In this document: positions 1 through 10,200 of the stretch, in pieces
Layout: each line of letters starts with the position of its first letter
Position numbering within the stretch: position 1 is the first letter of the stretch
Source: Zygnema circumcarinatum SAG 698-1b
Taxonomy: Eukaryota > Plantae > Zygnematophyceae
Reading direction: 5' to 3'
Assembly (NCBI GenBank): GCA_037447605.1
Contig: CM074808.1
Coordinates: forward strand, 124,001-188,000
DNA length: 64,000 bases
Made by a program: the position numbers and the translations under genes
Notes under the pieces: model-generated
What the model saw: the letters and a program-made list of their open reading frames with translations, nothing else
The model's database searches: none
Told to the model about the DNA's origin: nothing

Positions 1-649
1 TCAGGTTTGTTTGCACACCCTTACACTCACCCTGTTCCATGTCATGTCCGAGTGAAATGGCACTCAGGGAGACTTGGGAGCGAGTTTTGGGCATGTTGTT
101 GTTGGCGTGAGCCGCAGACACGTCTTCAGCATCCGTCCCAGTGACGATAGTCACCAGAGGGTTGGAGTTTACTCTCTTCAACATGGCGTACTGAGTGCTC
201 ACCGCCTCTGAGTGGCGAACAAGCAACCCTAACGAACGCAGCCTTCCGCGGCGAGGCAGAAAACTGCAATCTTTCTTCCTTGCCTGCACTCCAAATGCAG
301 CAGATCCTGCCTGCCTTCCTGAGCTTGCTTGAATGCAGGTATGTTCCCTCCGCTTCAGCACCTGCCACCCCCCTCCTCTTCTCCCTTCCTCCAAAAGGAC
401 TGCCTCATCAACTGTCCTGTGCGCGCACCGGATAAAGTGGACATCGACCGTCCGCCGCGCAGTGGGAACACACCCGCCTCAATGGGTTTGAGATTTTTCT
501 GGACCCTTTTGAGTGTGAACGCCTTCGAGGACCTGCCATGTCAGCGAGGGCGCGACAGAGTCAAGGCCGACCAACCTAGGAAAGTCAATCGCAACTTCTT
601 TTTTTTATTTACGGGAAAAAACAAATTGCACCTCTGGTCCCATAACAGC

Positions 650-753
650 ATGGCCCCATGGATAAATGGCCCCATCATGGGCCCATGGATGTATAGCCCC
701 ATCATGGCCCCATGGATGGATGGCCCCATCCTGGCCCCATTGACGGGCCCATG
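650..753. repeat. ~27-bp imperfect tandem repeat (ATGGCCCCATGGATAAATGGCCCCATC-like, ~3.5 copies); also at 2945-3048
   Basis: Visible directly. Units are quasi-palindromic (ATGGGCCCAT). Confidence 0.85.
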
Positions 754-936
754 CTGAACTTCGCAGAGGAAGAGCGCATCTCGGCGCTTGTCTTCGGCCT
801 GTCTACGCGAAGCCATGGGGGGTAATCGCCTCCACTGACGGCGGGGGGGGAGGGTCTGCAGGGCGGGTAGGATAAGGGGGTGCTGCGCTTCGGGGTTGAG
901 CTGCTTGGGCCGGTTTTTGGATGGAGGTTAGGTTTG

Positions 937-2105
937 ATGGCCGTGGAAGAGCGTTCAGAGGAGAATGCCATGCATGCGCCCATTGAGGCGTGCAGGGCAT
1001 GCGGCATGGTCATGGTGTGGCATGCCGATGGGGCTCGGAAGCTGCGCTTAACACATGGCATTGTGGGAACCATGGCCGGAACTCTTCCGGAGTTCCCTCA
1101 GCAGAACTCCGTCAGAGGCCTTCCCCTGCTCCTGTCTGCAGAGGAGGCTAGAGTTGTGTCAGCCATGGTTTCCTGCAGCTTATTCAAGCTGAGAGAGCTC
1201 CCAAAACTCCCTCCATACAGGGGCAGCTGCAGAGGGAGGAGAAGGAGGACATGATTAGTGCAGCTGCCCACCTTCCTACTTCTGGAATATCAGATGAGGA
1301 AACTTTTATGGCTGGTAGAGTTTCAAGGGATCAGGAGACAGGTTCACATAATGAAGGCGAGGGCGATGAGCTGATTAAAGCACGGGAGGTATCCTCCTGG
1401 GCCAGCCACGGCTGCGTAGAAATCCCTTTAATCTGTAAGCGCTGCAGAATCCCTGCCTTGATGCAAGAGCCGCAGGACTCTTCTGAGAAGTTGCGCTATG
1501 CGGTGATGTACGACCTCCATTTCCATGGCTATAGAGTGACAGACGGCACAAAGTTTGGAGCTGACTTTCTTGCATATCCTGGGGACCCCTCACTATTCCA
1601 TTCTCAATTTGCTGTTAGAATTGTACCTTGGAACGACGGAATGCTTGGAACTCACATTCTCGCAGCTGCAAGGGTAGCTCTCTCTGCTCGGAAACGGCTC
1701 GTGATTGCCTCAGTGCAGAGTACAGAGGAGGAGAAGGAAGAGACGGAGAACGTAGAGGAAGGAAAGAAGGTGGTGGAAGAGGAGAGGGAGGGGGGTGTTG
1801 GTGAGGGGGGAAGGGGAGGGTCGAGTGAAGAGAAAGAGAGGAATGGAGCAATCAGCAGGATAGACGGAGGTGAGTGTTCGAGCTCCAGTGGCTTTGCAGT
1901 CTCTGAGGAATCATCTACACAAGGACCATTTGAAAGCAGTTCATTAGTAAAGGGCAGTGTTTCAACTTTTAATTTAAATATGCGAGTCATTTACACCACC
2001 ATTGCAACGGACCTTGAGTTTGTTCCCTTCGAGGCGCGCACTCAGCAGCCGAATCGGACCACGCCAACCCGTACGAGGAGGGGGAGCAGGTCGTCTGAAA
2101 GTTAG
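937..2105 (+). CDS. SEN34: tRNA-splicing endonuclease subunit Sen34, copy 1 (intronless; apparent 1-bp frameshift near 1152)
   Basis: N-terminal motif VWHADGARKLRLTHGIVGTMAGTLPEFPQQNSVRGLPLLLSAEEA. Catalytic domain LRYAVMYDLHFHGYRVTDGTKFGADFLAYPGDPSLFHSQF...ARKRLVIA carries the Tyr/His/Lys triad positions. Copy 1 reads gagttgtgtc where copy 2 reads gagtctgtgtc, which splits the ORF (880-1254 and 1251-2105). First in-frame ATG is at 937. Confidence 0.9.
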
Positions 2106-2266
2106 ACCAAGCCGAAAGAATTGGCACNNNNNNNNNNTTTCAAGGCTCAGGACCGAGTTAGGGAAAACCGAAAAAACGACACAATTATGCTGAAATATCA
2201 CCAATTTGTCTGATGAAATTTGTGGATATCCTTACGTATGCCCTGCTATAGTAACTTCCAAACGAT

Positions 2267-3111
2267 TCAAACGGAATTTCTCCGTAATTTTGCAGTCAGG
2301 TTTGTTTGCACACCCTTACACTCACCCTGTTCCATGTCATGTCCGAGTGAAATGGCACTCAGGGAGACTTGGGAGCGAGTTTTGGGCATGTTGTTGTTGG
2401 CGTGAGCCGCAGACACGTCTTCAGCATCCGTCCCAGTGACGATAGTCACCAGAGGGTTGGAGTTTACTCTCTTCAACATGGCGTACTGAGTGCTCACCGC
2501 CTCTGAGTGGCGAACAAGCAACCCTAACGAACGCAGCCTTCCGCGGCGAGGCAGAAAACTGCAATCTTTCTTCCTTGCCTGCACTCCAAATGCAGCAGAT
2601 CCTGCCTGCCTTCCTGAGCTTGCTTGAATGCAGGTATGTTCCCTCCGCTTCAGCACCTGCCACCCCCCTCCTCTTCTCCCTTCCTCCAAAAGGACTGCCT
2701 CATCAACTGTCCTGTGCGCGCACCGGATAAAGTGGACATCGACCGTCCGCCGCGCAGTGGGAACACACCCGCCTCAATGGGTTTGAGATTTTTCTGGACC
2801 CTTTTGAGTGTGAACGCCTTCGAGGACCTGCCATGTCAGCGAGGGCGCGACAGAGTCAAGGCCGACCAACCTAGGAAAGTCAATCGCAACTTCTTTTTTT
2901 TATTTACGGGAAAAAACAAATTGCACCTCTGGTCCCATAACAGCATGGCCCCATGGATAAATGGCCCCATCATGGGCCCATGGATGTATAGCCCCATCAT
3001 GGCCCCATGGATGGATGGCCCCATCCTGGCCCCATTGACGGGCCCATGCTGAACTTCGCAGAGGAAGAGCGCATCTCGGCGCTTGTCTTCGGCCTGTCTA
3101 CGCGAAGCCAT
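2267..3111 (-). CDS. Unidentified probable multi-exon gene head-to-head with Sen34 (also at 1-816 in the first copy)
   Basis: ATG-initiated segment MASRRQAEDKRRDALFLCEVQ. Candidate exon after ttcctag (LVGLDSVAPSLTWQ). Open frame of 140 codons at 2267-2689. I could not resolve the splice phases or assign a family. Confidence 0.35.
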
Positions 3112-3231
3112 GGGGGGTAATCGCCTCCACTGACGGCGGGGGGGGAGGGTCTGCAGGGCGGGTAGGATAAGGGGGTGCTGCGCTTCGGGGTTGAGCTGCT
3201 TGGGCCGGTTTTTGGATGGAGGTTAGGTTTG

Positions 3232-3854
3232 ATGGCCGTGGAAGAGCGTTCAGAGGAGAATGCCATGCATGCGCCCATTGAGGCGTGCAGGGCATGCGGC
3301 ATGGTCATGGTGTGGCATGCCGATGGGGCTCGGAAGCTGCGCTTAACACATGGCATTGTGGGAACCATGGCCGGAACTCTTCCGGAGTTCCCTCAGCAGA
3401 ACTCCGTCAGAGGCCTTCCCCTGCTCCTGTCTGCAGAGGAGGCTAGAGTCTGTGTCAGCCATGGTTTCCTGCAGCTTATTCAAGCTGAGAGAGCTCCCAA
3501 AACTCCCTCCATACAGGGGCAGCTGCAGAGGGAGGAGAAGGAGGACATGATTAGTGCAGCTGCCCACCTTCCTACTTCTGGAATATCAGATGAGGAAACT
3601 TTTATGGCTGGTAGAGTTTCAAGGGATCAGGAGACAGGTTCACATAATGAAGGCGAGGGCGATGAGCTGATTAAAGCACGGGAGGTATCCTCCTGGGCCA
3701 GCCACGGCTGCGTAGAAATCCCTTTAATCTGTAAGCGCTGCAGAATCCCTGCCTTGATGCAAGAGCCGCAGGACTCTTCTGAGAAGTTGCGCTATGCGGT
3801 GATGTACGACCTCCATTTCCATGGCTATAGAGTGACAGACGGCACAAAGTTTGA
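3232..3854 (+). CDS. SEN34: Sen34 copy 2, frame intact but truncated by a 100-N gap at GTKF
   Basis: Near-identical to copy 1 (offset 2295, then 2296 after the indel). ORF is continuous up to the N-run at 3855-3954. Confidence 0.85.
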
Positions 3855-3960
3855 NNNNNNNNNNNNNNNNNNNNNNNNNNNNNNNNNNNNNNNNNNNNNN
3901 NNNNNNNNNNNNNNNNNNNNNNNNNNNNNNNNNNNNNNNNNNNNNNNNNNNNNNTCTTAC

Positions 3961-4604
3961 GGGGTGATCTTCAGCCAGGTCCGCACCAAACCCGAGAATG
4001 CGGTCTCCATTGGATATGTCGTTGATTGATTTTGGATACTTGAGCTCAGATGTGCTGTTTTCGGTGGAGGGCGCTGCATGAGAGCAAAACAAGGGGTGGT
4101 TCTCTATCGTTATGCTGAACTACTCCCCAGAGGCAATCAATCCAGTTCTAAGCAAAAAAAACTGCAAAAGCAGAAGTTGTATTATCAATTTATCAACAAT
4201 TCGTTGATATGAAGATCTCCATTGCACATACATGCGTGCAGGGAGAAGGGAGAAGGGAGGTGGGGGAGGGGAGGGGAGGGAGGAGAAAAACTGCACGTAC
4301 TGGCAGGTGAAGCCGCTGCAGAAATGTTTTCTGCTTCAAATCTTCTGCCAGATGCGCCTGCACGGCTGCCAGAATCAGATCTTGCGAGCTCGCTCAAGCA
4401 GGAGCTTTTTCTTTCAAAAAGCCGTTTGCTGCCAGCACACTCTCTCACTGCCAGAGGCCGCGAATTGCGAGTGCTGAAAGGTGGTCTTCCCGCGCCATGT
4501 TTGACGCCTTTGAATTTTTTGGAAACCTCCGACGGACGGTTCGAAACTGCTGAATTTCCCCTCGGTCTTAGAAGAGCATCGGCAGAGCGTGCAGCTGCCG
4601 CCAT
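3961..4604 (-). CDS. PAH: Phenylalanine (aromatic amino acid) hydroxylase, 5' two exons (4604-4301 and 4073-~3961); remainder lost in the gap
   Basis: Exon 2 reads YPKSINDISNGDRILGFGADLAEDHP, matching the 'ILxxGAxLxxDHPG' motif of aromatic amino acid hydroxylases. The GT-AG intron is phase-consistent (A+CG=Thr). Start context is gccATGg. Exon 1 is Ser/Arg/Ala-rich and resembles a transit peptide. Confidence 0.8.
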
Positions 4605-5173
4605 GGCTGAAGTGCGAGGTGGAGGGGAGGGAGGGATGAAGTTGACGATTTCCTGCTCCACCTTCCTCAGCCCCTTTCAGAGTATAAGACGTCTGCTCAG
4701 CATGCAGTGAGCACATACGGCTTGTACTGCGAAAAAATAATAATTTTGCACAGATACATGCCTTCTGTTTGACGTTAAAAACCCAAGCCCACCATGTCCC
4801 TTAATAAACACGGATAAAGTCCCATATCTGATGATGCTAGGAAATCTTACCGAATACCCTTACTTGTCTTCTCCAACATCCCGGTTCAAACAAAGCACAA
4901 AAGAATCTGAACCTGCATGCCCATCGCCCTGCACCAAAGCATGCACCGCTCCAAGATTCTCACTCGCAAGTTATAAGGCGAATACCTCCCCCCCCCTCTT
5001 TCCAAGAAGAGCGAAAATAATAGAGAGTCAGCCGCTCCCTCCTCCGCCCTCTCCTACCGCCCGCCCTCTCTAATGCAAGAGGAGGCCGCCCCTGCGTGCT
5101 CCAAACCGCCCTCCAGGGCAGCGACCCATAGACAAGCGTCCTCCAATGTTGAGGCGTCACGTGTACATTGTGT

Positions 5174-5523
5174 CCACGTGGCATTCAGCAATTGGCTGAC
5201 GCCAGAGTGCAGGTTCACTCGCGGAGAAAAGTCCACCGACCTGGAAACGCTGCCCGACAAATACGGGCAGGAGAAAAGTCAAGTGTCGACTTATGAGGGG
5301 TGGAGAGAGCGCGCGCGTGATTTTCACGAATTGCTTTCTTCCACGTGGAATGACGAAACGTTTTTGGAGAGCGTGACGTGTACGATCGGGTCGAGGCGCG
5401 GGGATGGCAGTGACGTCATCCAGTTTGGTCTTGCCGCGTCTGCGGAGCCAATAGAAACGCGTGTTTGCGCGTGTGAAAATCGGCAGAGAGGGCGCCACGC
5501 TGGTGGGCAGAGATGCCACGTGG
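5174..5523. promoter_or_regulatory. Three perfect palindromic G-boxes CCACGTGG (5174, 5341, 5516) between PAH and the CX9C gene
   Basis: Sequence seen directly. G-boxes are established bZIP/bHLH sites in plants; function here is untested. Confidence 0.45.
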
Positions 5524-5581
5524 TAGGGCCCGAGGGGACCGGGCAGAGAAGAATCAGAACCAGTACGTTGCAAAGCTTCTA

Positions 5582-5772
5582 CAGTAGACCCCCCCAATAT
5601 TTTCGCCCCTCTTATTTTCGCTCCCCAATATTTTCGCCCTGAATTTGCCAAAACCACTTTTTAATATAATACTGCCCGCCTATTGTTAACACGCACCCTT
5701 ATATTTTCGCTACCCAATATTTTCGCCCAATATTTGCCGAAACCATGGCGAAAATATTGGGGGGGTCTACTG
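5582..5772. mobile_element. 191-bp MITE, Tc1/mariner-pogo-like
   Basis: Perfect 26-bp terminal inverted repeats CAGTAGACCCCCCCAATATTTTCGCC, flanked by TA on both sides (5580-81 and 5773-74). Internal TATTTTCGC repeats. Confidence 0.85.
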
Positions 5773-6023
5773 TATAGCAGTTAGGCCTGCCCGTACGGTG
5801 GGTAGCAAGACAAAATAGTACGAACACAGCCTTTCTGGCAGACCTGGTCTTGCCGTGTGAGGGCGAAGCAGAGGCGCTCTCGCCCTCTACCTTCCCCCCC
5901 TCCCTCTCCCTCTCTCCCTCTCCCTCTCCTCCCCTCTCGCTCCCTCTCCCTTTCCTCTCCCTCTGTCCCTCTCTCTCACACGCACATACAGGCAGTCGCA
6001 CAGGGGCACATTCACACACATCA

Positions 6024-6269
6024 ATGAGCAGATGCAAGGCCGAGCTGGCCTCCCTCTCTGACTGTGCGAGAAAGCACCCCCGGCAGCGGGAGCTGGTCTG
6101 CGCACACCTCAGCCGGCGAGCCGCCCTCTGCCTGCTGGCCGAGGTTTGTGCTGCCGAGATGGATGACGTCAGCGTACACTGTGGGAGCAGGGGAACGGAG
6201 GCGAAGAGAGGGAGGTGTGAGAGGGCGAGGGAGGACCTGGCGGGCTGTATTGCAAGGCATCAAAACTAG
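6024..6269 (+). CDS. 81-aa protein with four Cys-pair helices (CX9C, CX9C, CX10C, CX9C); CHCHD5/Mix14-like mitochondrial intermembrane-space protein
   Basis: Cys at positions 4/14, 26/36, 42/53 and 65/75, which is a double twin-CX9C spacing. Confidence 0.65.
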   Translation: MSRCKAELASLSDCARKHPRQRELVCAHLSRRAALCLLAEVCAAEMDDVSVHCGSRGTEAKRGRCERAREDLAGCIARHQN

Positions 6270-7272
6270 CATTGTTAGGGTTCACTATGTACGGTACTGG
6301 AGGTTGGGTTTCAGGGTTCAAGGCCTAAAGTCAGTGCAGGTTGCTTTGCATAGAAGCACTGTCAAGCTCAGGGTTCCAACAAGGGCATGAAATGGCGCGT
6401 TTGACCAAAGAATTAGGGTTAGATGTTGAGAGGGTCGAAAGGAGACGGTTTCCGGCAGTCTGTACGGAGAGAAGCGTTTGATCGAGTGAGTCCGACTGAA
6501 GATTGTGTGCACCTTTCAGTTGAAGGCTGGCGAGTTATCTCGGTAGCTTCCTCGTATGACTCGAAATTCAACACCAAATGTGAACATTGTACATGGCAGT
6601 CAACTCGAGGTGGATACACGGCAGGCATGCATCCTCGAGTGGCATGAGCATATTTCCACGTAGATGACACCATATGCACATGCATGCACAAAACATGAAA
6701 AACTTCTGCCCTCCCCAGGGCTCAAAGCAGCCCCAAAAAGCAGAAACCGATTATGGAAGTGGCGCAAGAAAGGACAGAAGGAAAACGGGAAGTTGAAAAG
6801 TTCAAGCTCAAAACTAGTACCAAGTAAAGTCTGCCCAAACGAGTGCCGAGCAAAAGACCCCTATTATGGTGGCAGTATCCCGTTACGGATTCCCCTTGGC
6901 GATCTGCTGAAGACCGACATTTGACCATGGACTTCCACTTCCACTACAGTCCCCTTATTGTCAGGAACTTTACTCGAGAGGGTAAACAACCTCGAGAAAA
7001 AACAGAGGGAGGGGTGGGGGGTAAAACAAAGGGAGAGAGAGGAGGGGGGGGGTGGAGGGGAGATTTGACTAGCTATTTCTGTGGCTTGCCTGGTAGTACT
7101 ACACCCTCCCTCTTCCCTATCTCCTTTTCTTTTCCATGCAAACCCCTACCACTCGAAAGGCTAAACGTTTAAAAGAGTAGAACACTATAACCCTAAAACT
7201 CTGCACTCTAAACCATCCCTGGTCCGCAAGTTGAATGGACTGTACAGTTTGAGCTGCCTCCAAACACTCTCA

Positions 7273-10200
7273 CTACGGAATGGGAATAGGCTTCATGTCT
7301 GGGAAGGACTTCACTTCGCAGAAGTACTCTTTTGGGATTATGCCGTTTATTCCTTCGGATAGTACGACGTTATTATCGGAAACGTAGAGCTTGAATTTGT
7401 TGTCTGCAGCAAGAAAGGGGCGGGCACAGGGGAGAGAGTGTGAGGAGAGATGGGAAGGGAGAGGGAGATGAGGGATGAGGCAGAGCCGGGCCCAATGGCG
7501 AGGAAGGGAGAGCACGAGATGAGGGTGGTAGCGAGAGAGAGGTCGATGGGGAGCAAGAGTTGGGGGGAGGGGTGGAGAAGAGTGGAATAGTGGGATAGGG
7601 AAAAGGAGAGGGAGTGCGTAGGAGGGGAGAGACGGATACAGGTACACAGGAAGACGCTTACCCCTAAGCACCTTCGGCAAGTCCAAGAAGATGAGCACTT
7701 CACAGGAGCTCCTCATACCTGTGAGAGAGAAAGAAACGATAATGTTAACACATGTTCCGTATTACGCACCAGCCTGTTCTCAGTATTGTTCTGAGTGTTC
7801 AGACACAAATTCCGTCCACTGTAACCTTGAACCACCTTCAAAATTGAGTGATAACCCTAACTACTTGTAAAATCTTGAAGCCCCGATACGAAATGGCAAA
7901 GCAAAGAATATGGGGAACTCACCACTTATTACTCCACTCTCTCTGGGAAGACCTTTCGCAAAGTGGATGTGATTTCTTGACATTTTGCTCAGGCCCGTGC
8001 GGAAAATGGAATTTAGATGTCGTCTATACGTCCCATGCACGCATACTGCAAGCATTTTCCCAACCCCACATTCTCAGTATGTTAATATCTTTAGGGTATG
8101 TAGGGCGTCCCGTAAGTTACGGTTCATGGAAATTCTGGATTTCTGCCCAGGGTTCTTCACTAGCTTAAAAATGATAGTGGTTTCAAGAATCACGGCGGCG
8201 GATTTTCAGGATTCGGAGCTTTCAGAATATTCAATAGGTTGGCAGAAATGAGGCTTCTCAGTATTGGGAAACGGTGAATGCCCTCCCTTGTTCGACTGAG
8301 AAAGGAGTCATGTGTCGTATTACTAAGGATTGAGGATTCATCTCAAAATTCATGAATCATACACATCACGAGTCGACACTCGCTGTGATATAGTGTGAAC
8401 AGCAAACCATAGTTGTGCTAAGCATGTCTGCAAAGATGTTCCTTGTTTCATGGATTCGTTTCCATTGTTCACCTCACACAATAATTCTGTAGAAAGGTTG
8501 AATACAGGAAAGAGCCTCTTCATCATACCTGGCACTTCCTCGGGATTCTCAATAAGCTTGAGCAAGTGTTCTGATGCAACTTCCTGCATGCAGTCGTGAC
8601 AGACGGAGTTAACGAGAAATCCTGATCAGTCCTTCAATCAACAGCCGGCCCGCTCGAACATTATTATTATGCTTGGCATTGCGGTGGATGACACCACCAA
8701 ACTCCCCATGGTCGAAAAAAAGAAAAAAAAATGGTCCTCCTTGGATCCATGCTCGACACCAAGATCGAAATCATGCACCGAGTGAAAAAAAACATCTCAT
8801 TGAGGAGAGCATCCAAAGTCTACGAAGACACTGAAACCTACAAAACCAAGAAATAGAATCGCCGACTGCTACTCACTGTCAGGCTGTGCCCTTGATTGGC
8901 TCGAATGAAAAGGACTCCATTCTCCTCCATGAGGCCGAGCCGCTGCTTGTTGTCAACCGCCACAGCCTGCTCCCACGCAACAATATAGCCAAGCAGCCGC
9001 ACTCAGCAAAACGTTCTAAGGGGCAGAGAGAGCTGACGATGACCCAAAATGCAACATCGACACCAACATGAAAAATGACACGAACAATATGAACTATATA
9101 AACATGAACGATGTATGTTTATGAGCATCAACATGAACCGCACATCATGAACGGCATGAACAACAAAAGAAACTTGAAAAACGTGAGAATGTCACGCCGT
9201 CAAAACGTGAGAATGTGCAATGGCCATGCATACATATGCATGCATGGCCATTGCCCTGTACCTGGTGGACATCCGCCACACTGTAGCTCGCTAAGAGACG
9301 GTTTGACCGTGTCTTTGTCTTCAATCTCAGAATGTCGGCCACTCGCACATATCCATCCGGCCGAATCTCCAACCCCATGTCCACCGCCCTATGCCTCAAG
9401 ATCGCAGTCCTGCGACAAAAACTCTAAAAAGACCATTCTAAGAGCCGCATTGGTTCTACTCCAGCAATTCAACAGAACTGTATTCTTTTCATGCAAAAGT
9501 TTCAAAACTCCGAGGATAATCATCATTCTTAAAAAAACCAAATAAAAAAAAAACGTAGTGCAGTGTACAGGCTGTGACCCGAGAACAATAATCAGAAGTC
9601 TTCCCCCTCCCCTCTTCCCCCCCCACCATTCCGCAGAAAGAAGGGGAAAGAGGAGAGCAAACGCAACAATGAGCAGACAATGCAATGCATCCCAATGCAT
9701 TGTTCAATCCGGAAGCACATACAGAGTTCGACCCAAGCCTTCAATCTCCATCGCAGGGCTCTCTCCCGTTCCCCCTCCTGCCCCTCGGCCACCACTTCGC
9801 AGCCCTCCTCGTTGTCCTCTCCCTCCTCTCTGCTGCCCTCTCTCCCCTCTCTCTCCTCTCTCACTACCCCCCACGTCCTCATCCATCTTATCGTGCCCGC
9901 TCTCCACATCCACCTCCTCTCCCATCCCTTCCTCCACCGGCCCCTTTGCACGCTCCCGGTTCCGCTTTGATCCGTGATCCGTAAAACTCCTCCCCATGGA
10001 AGACCCCGCACTCGTTGCCTCCGCTGAAAAGATATGCTGCTGCTGCCCTGTCATACCGGTCGGCTGAACAAATTTCAAACCTGCCCCTGTTGCGCCTCCC
10101 CCTCCTCCCCACCCTCCTCTCCTCCTTCCCCCCCCTCCCCCCCCTGCGCTCGAATGAGCTTCAATGGGGCTATCTATGGCTCCTCCCTCTCCACCCTCTC

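Larger units (their letters stand above)
1..3854. repeat. Direct duplication: 1-~1558 matches 2296-3854
   Basis: ORF pairs at 126/2421, 329/2624, 541/2836 and 880/3175 have identical translations up to the 1-bp indel near 1152. The copies are bounded by N-gaps at 2128-2137 and 3855-3954. Confidence 0.95.

Noticed and set aside
1130-1170. Programmed frameshift or pseudogene in Sen34 copy 1
   Set aside because: The second copy has the missing base, and the assembly shows other 1-bp inconsistencies, so an error is more likely.
3955-4029. Plus-strand YGVIFSQVRTKPENAVSIGYVVD as the C-terminus of Sen34 copy 2
   Set aside because: The ORF caller read through Ns. The segment is the antisense of PAH exon 2.
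5073-5657. 189-aa and 166-aa ORFs between PAH and the CX9C gene
   Set aside because: Non-ATG or promoter-like GC-rich sequence, partly MITE, with no recognisable motifs.
6300-7270. Several short ORFs between the CX9C gene and Tpt1
   Set aside because: No family motifs or convincing splice structure; probably 3' UTRs.
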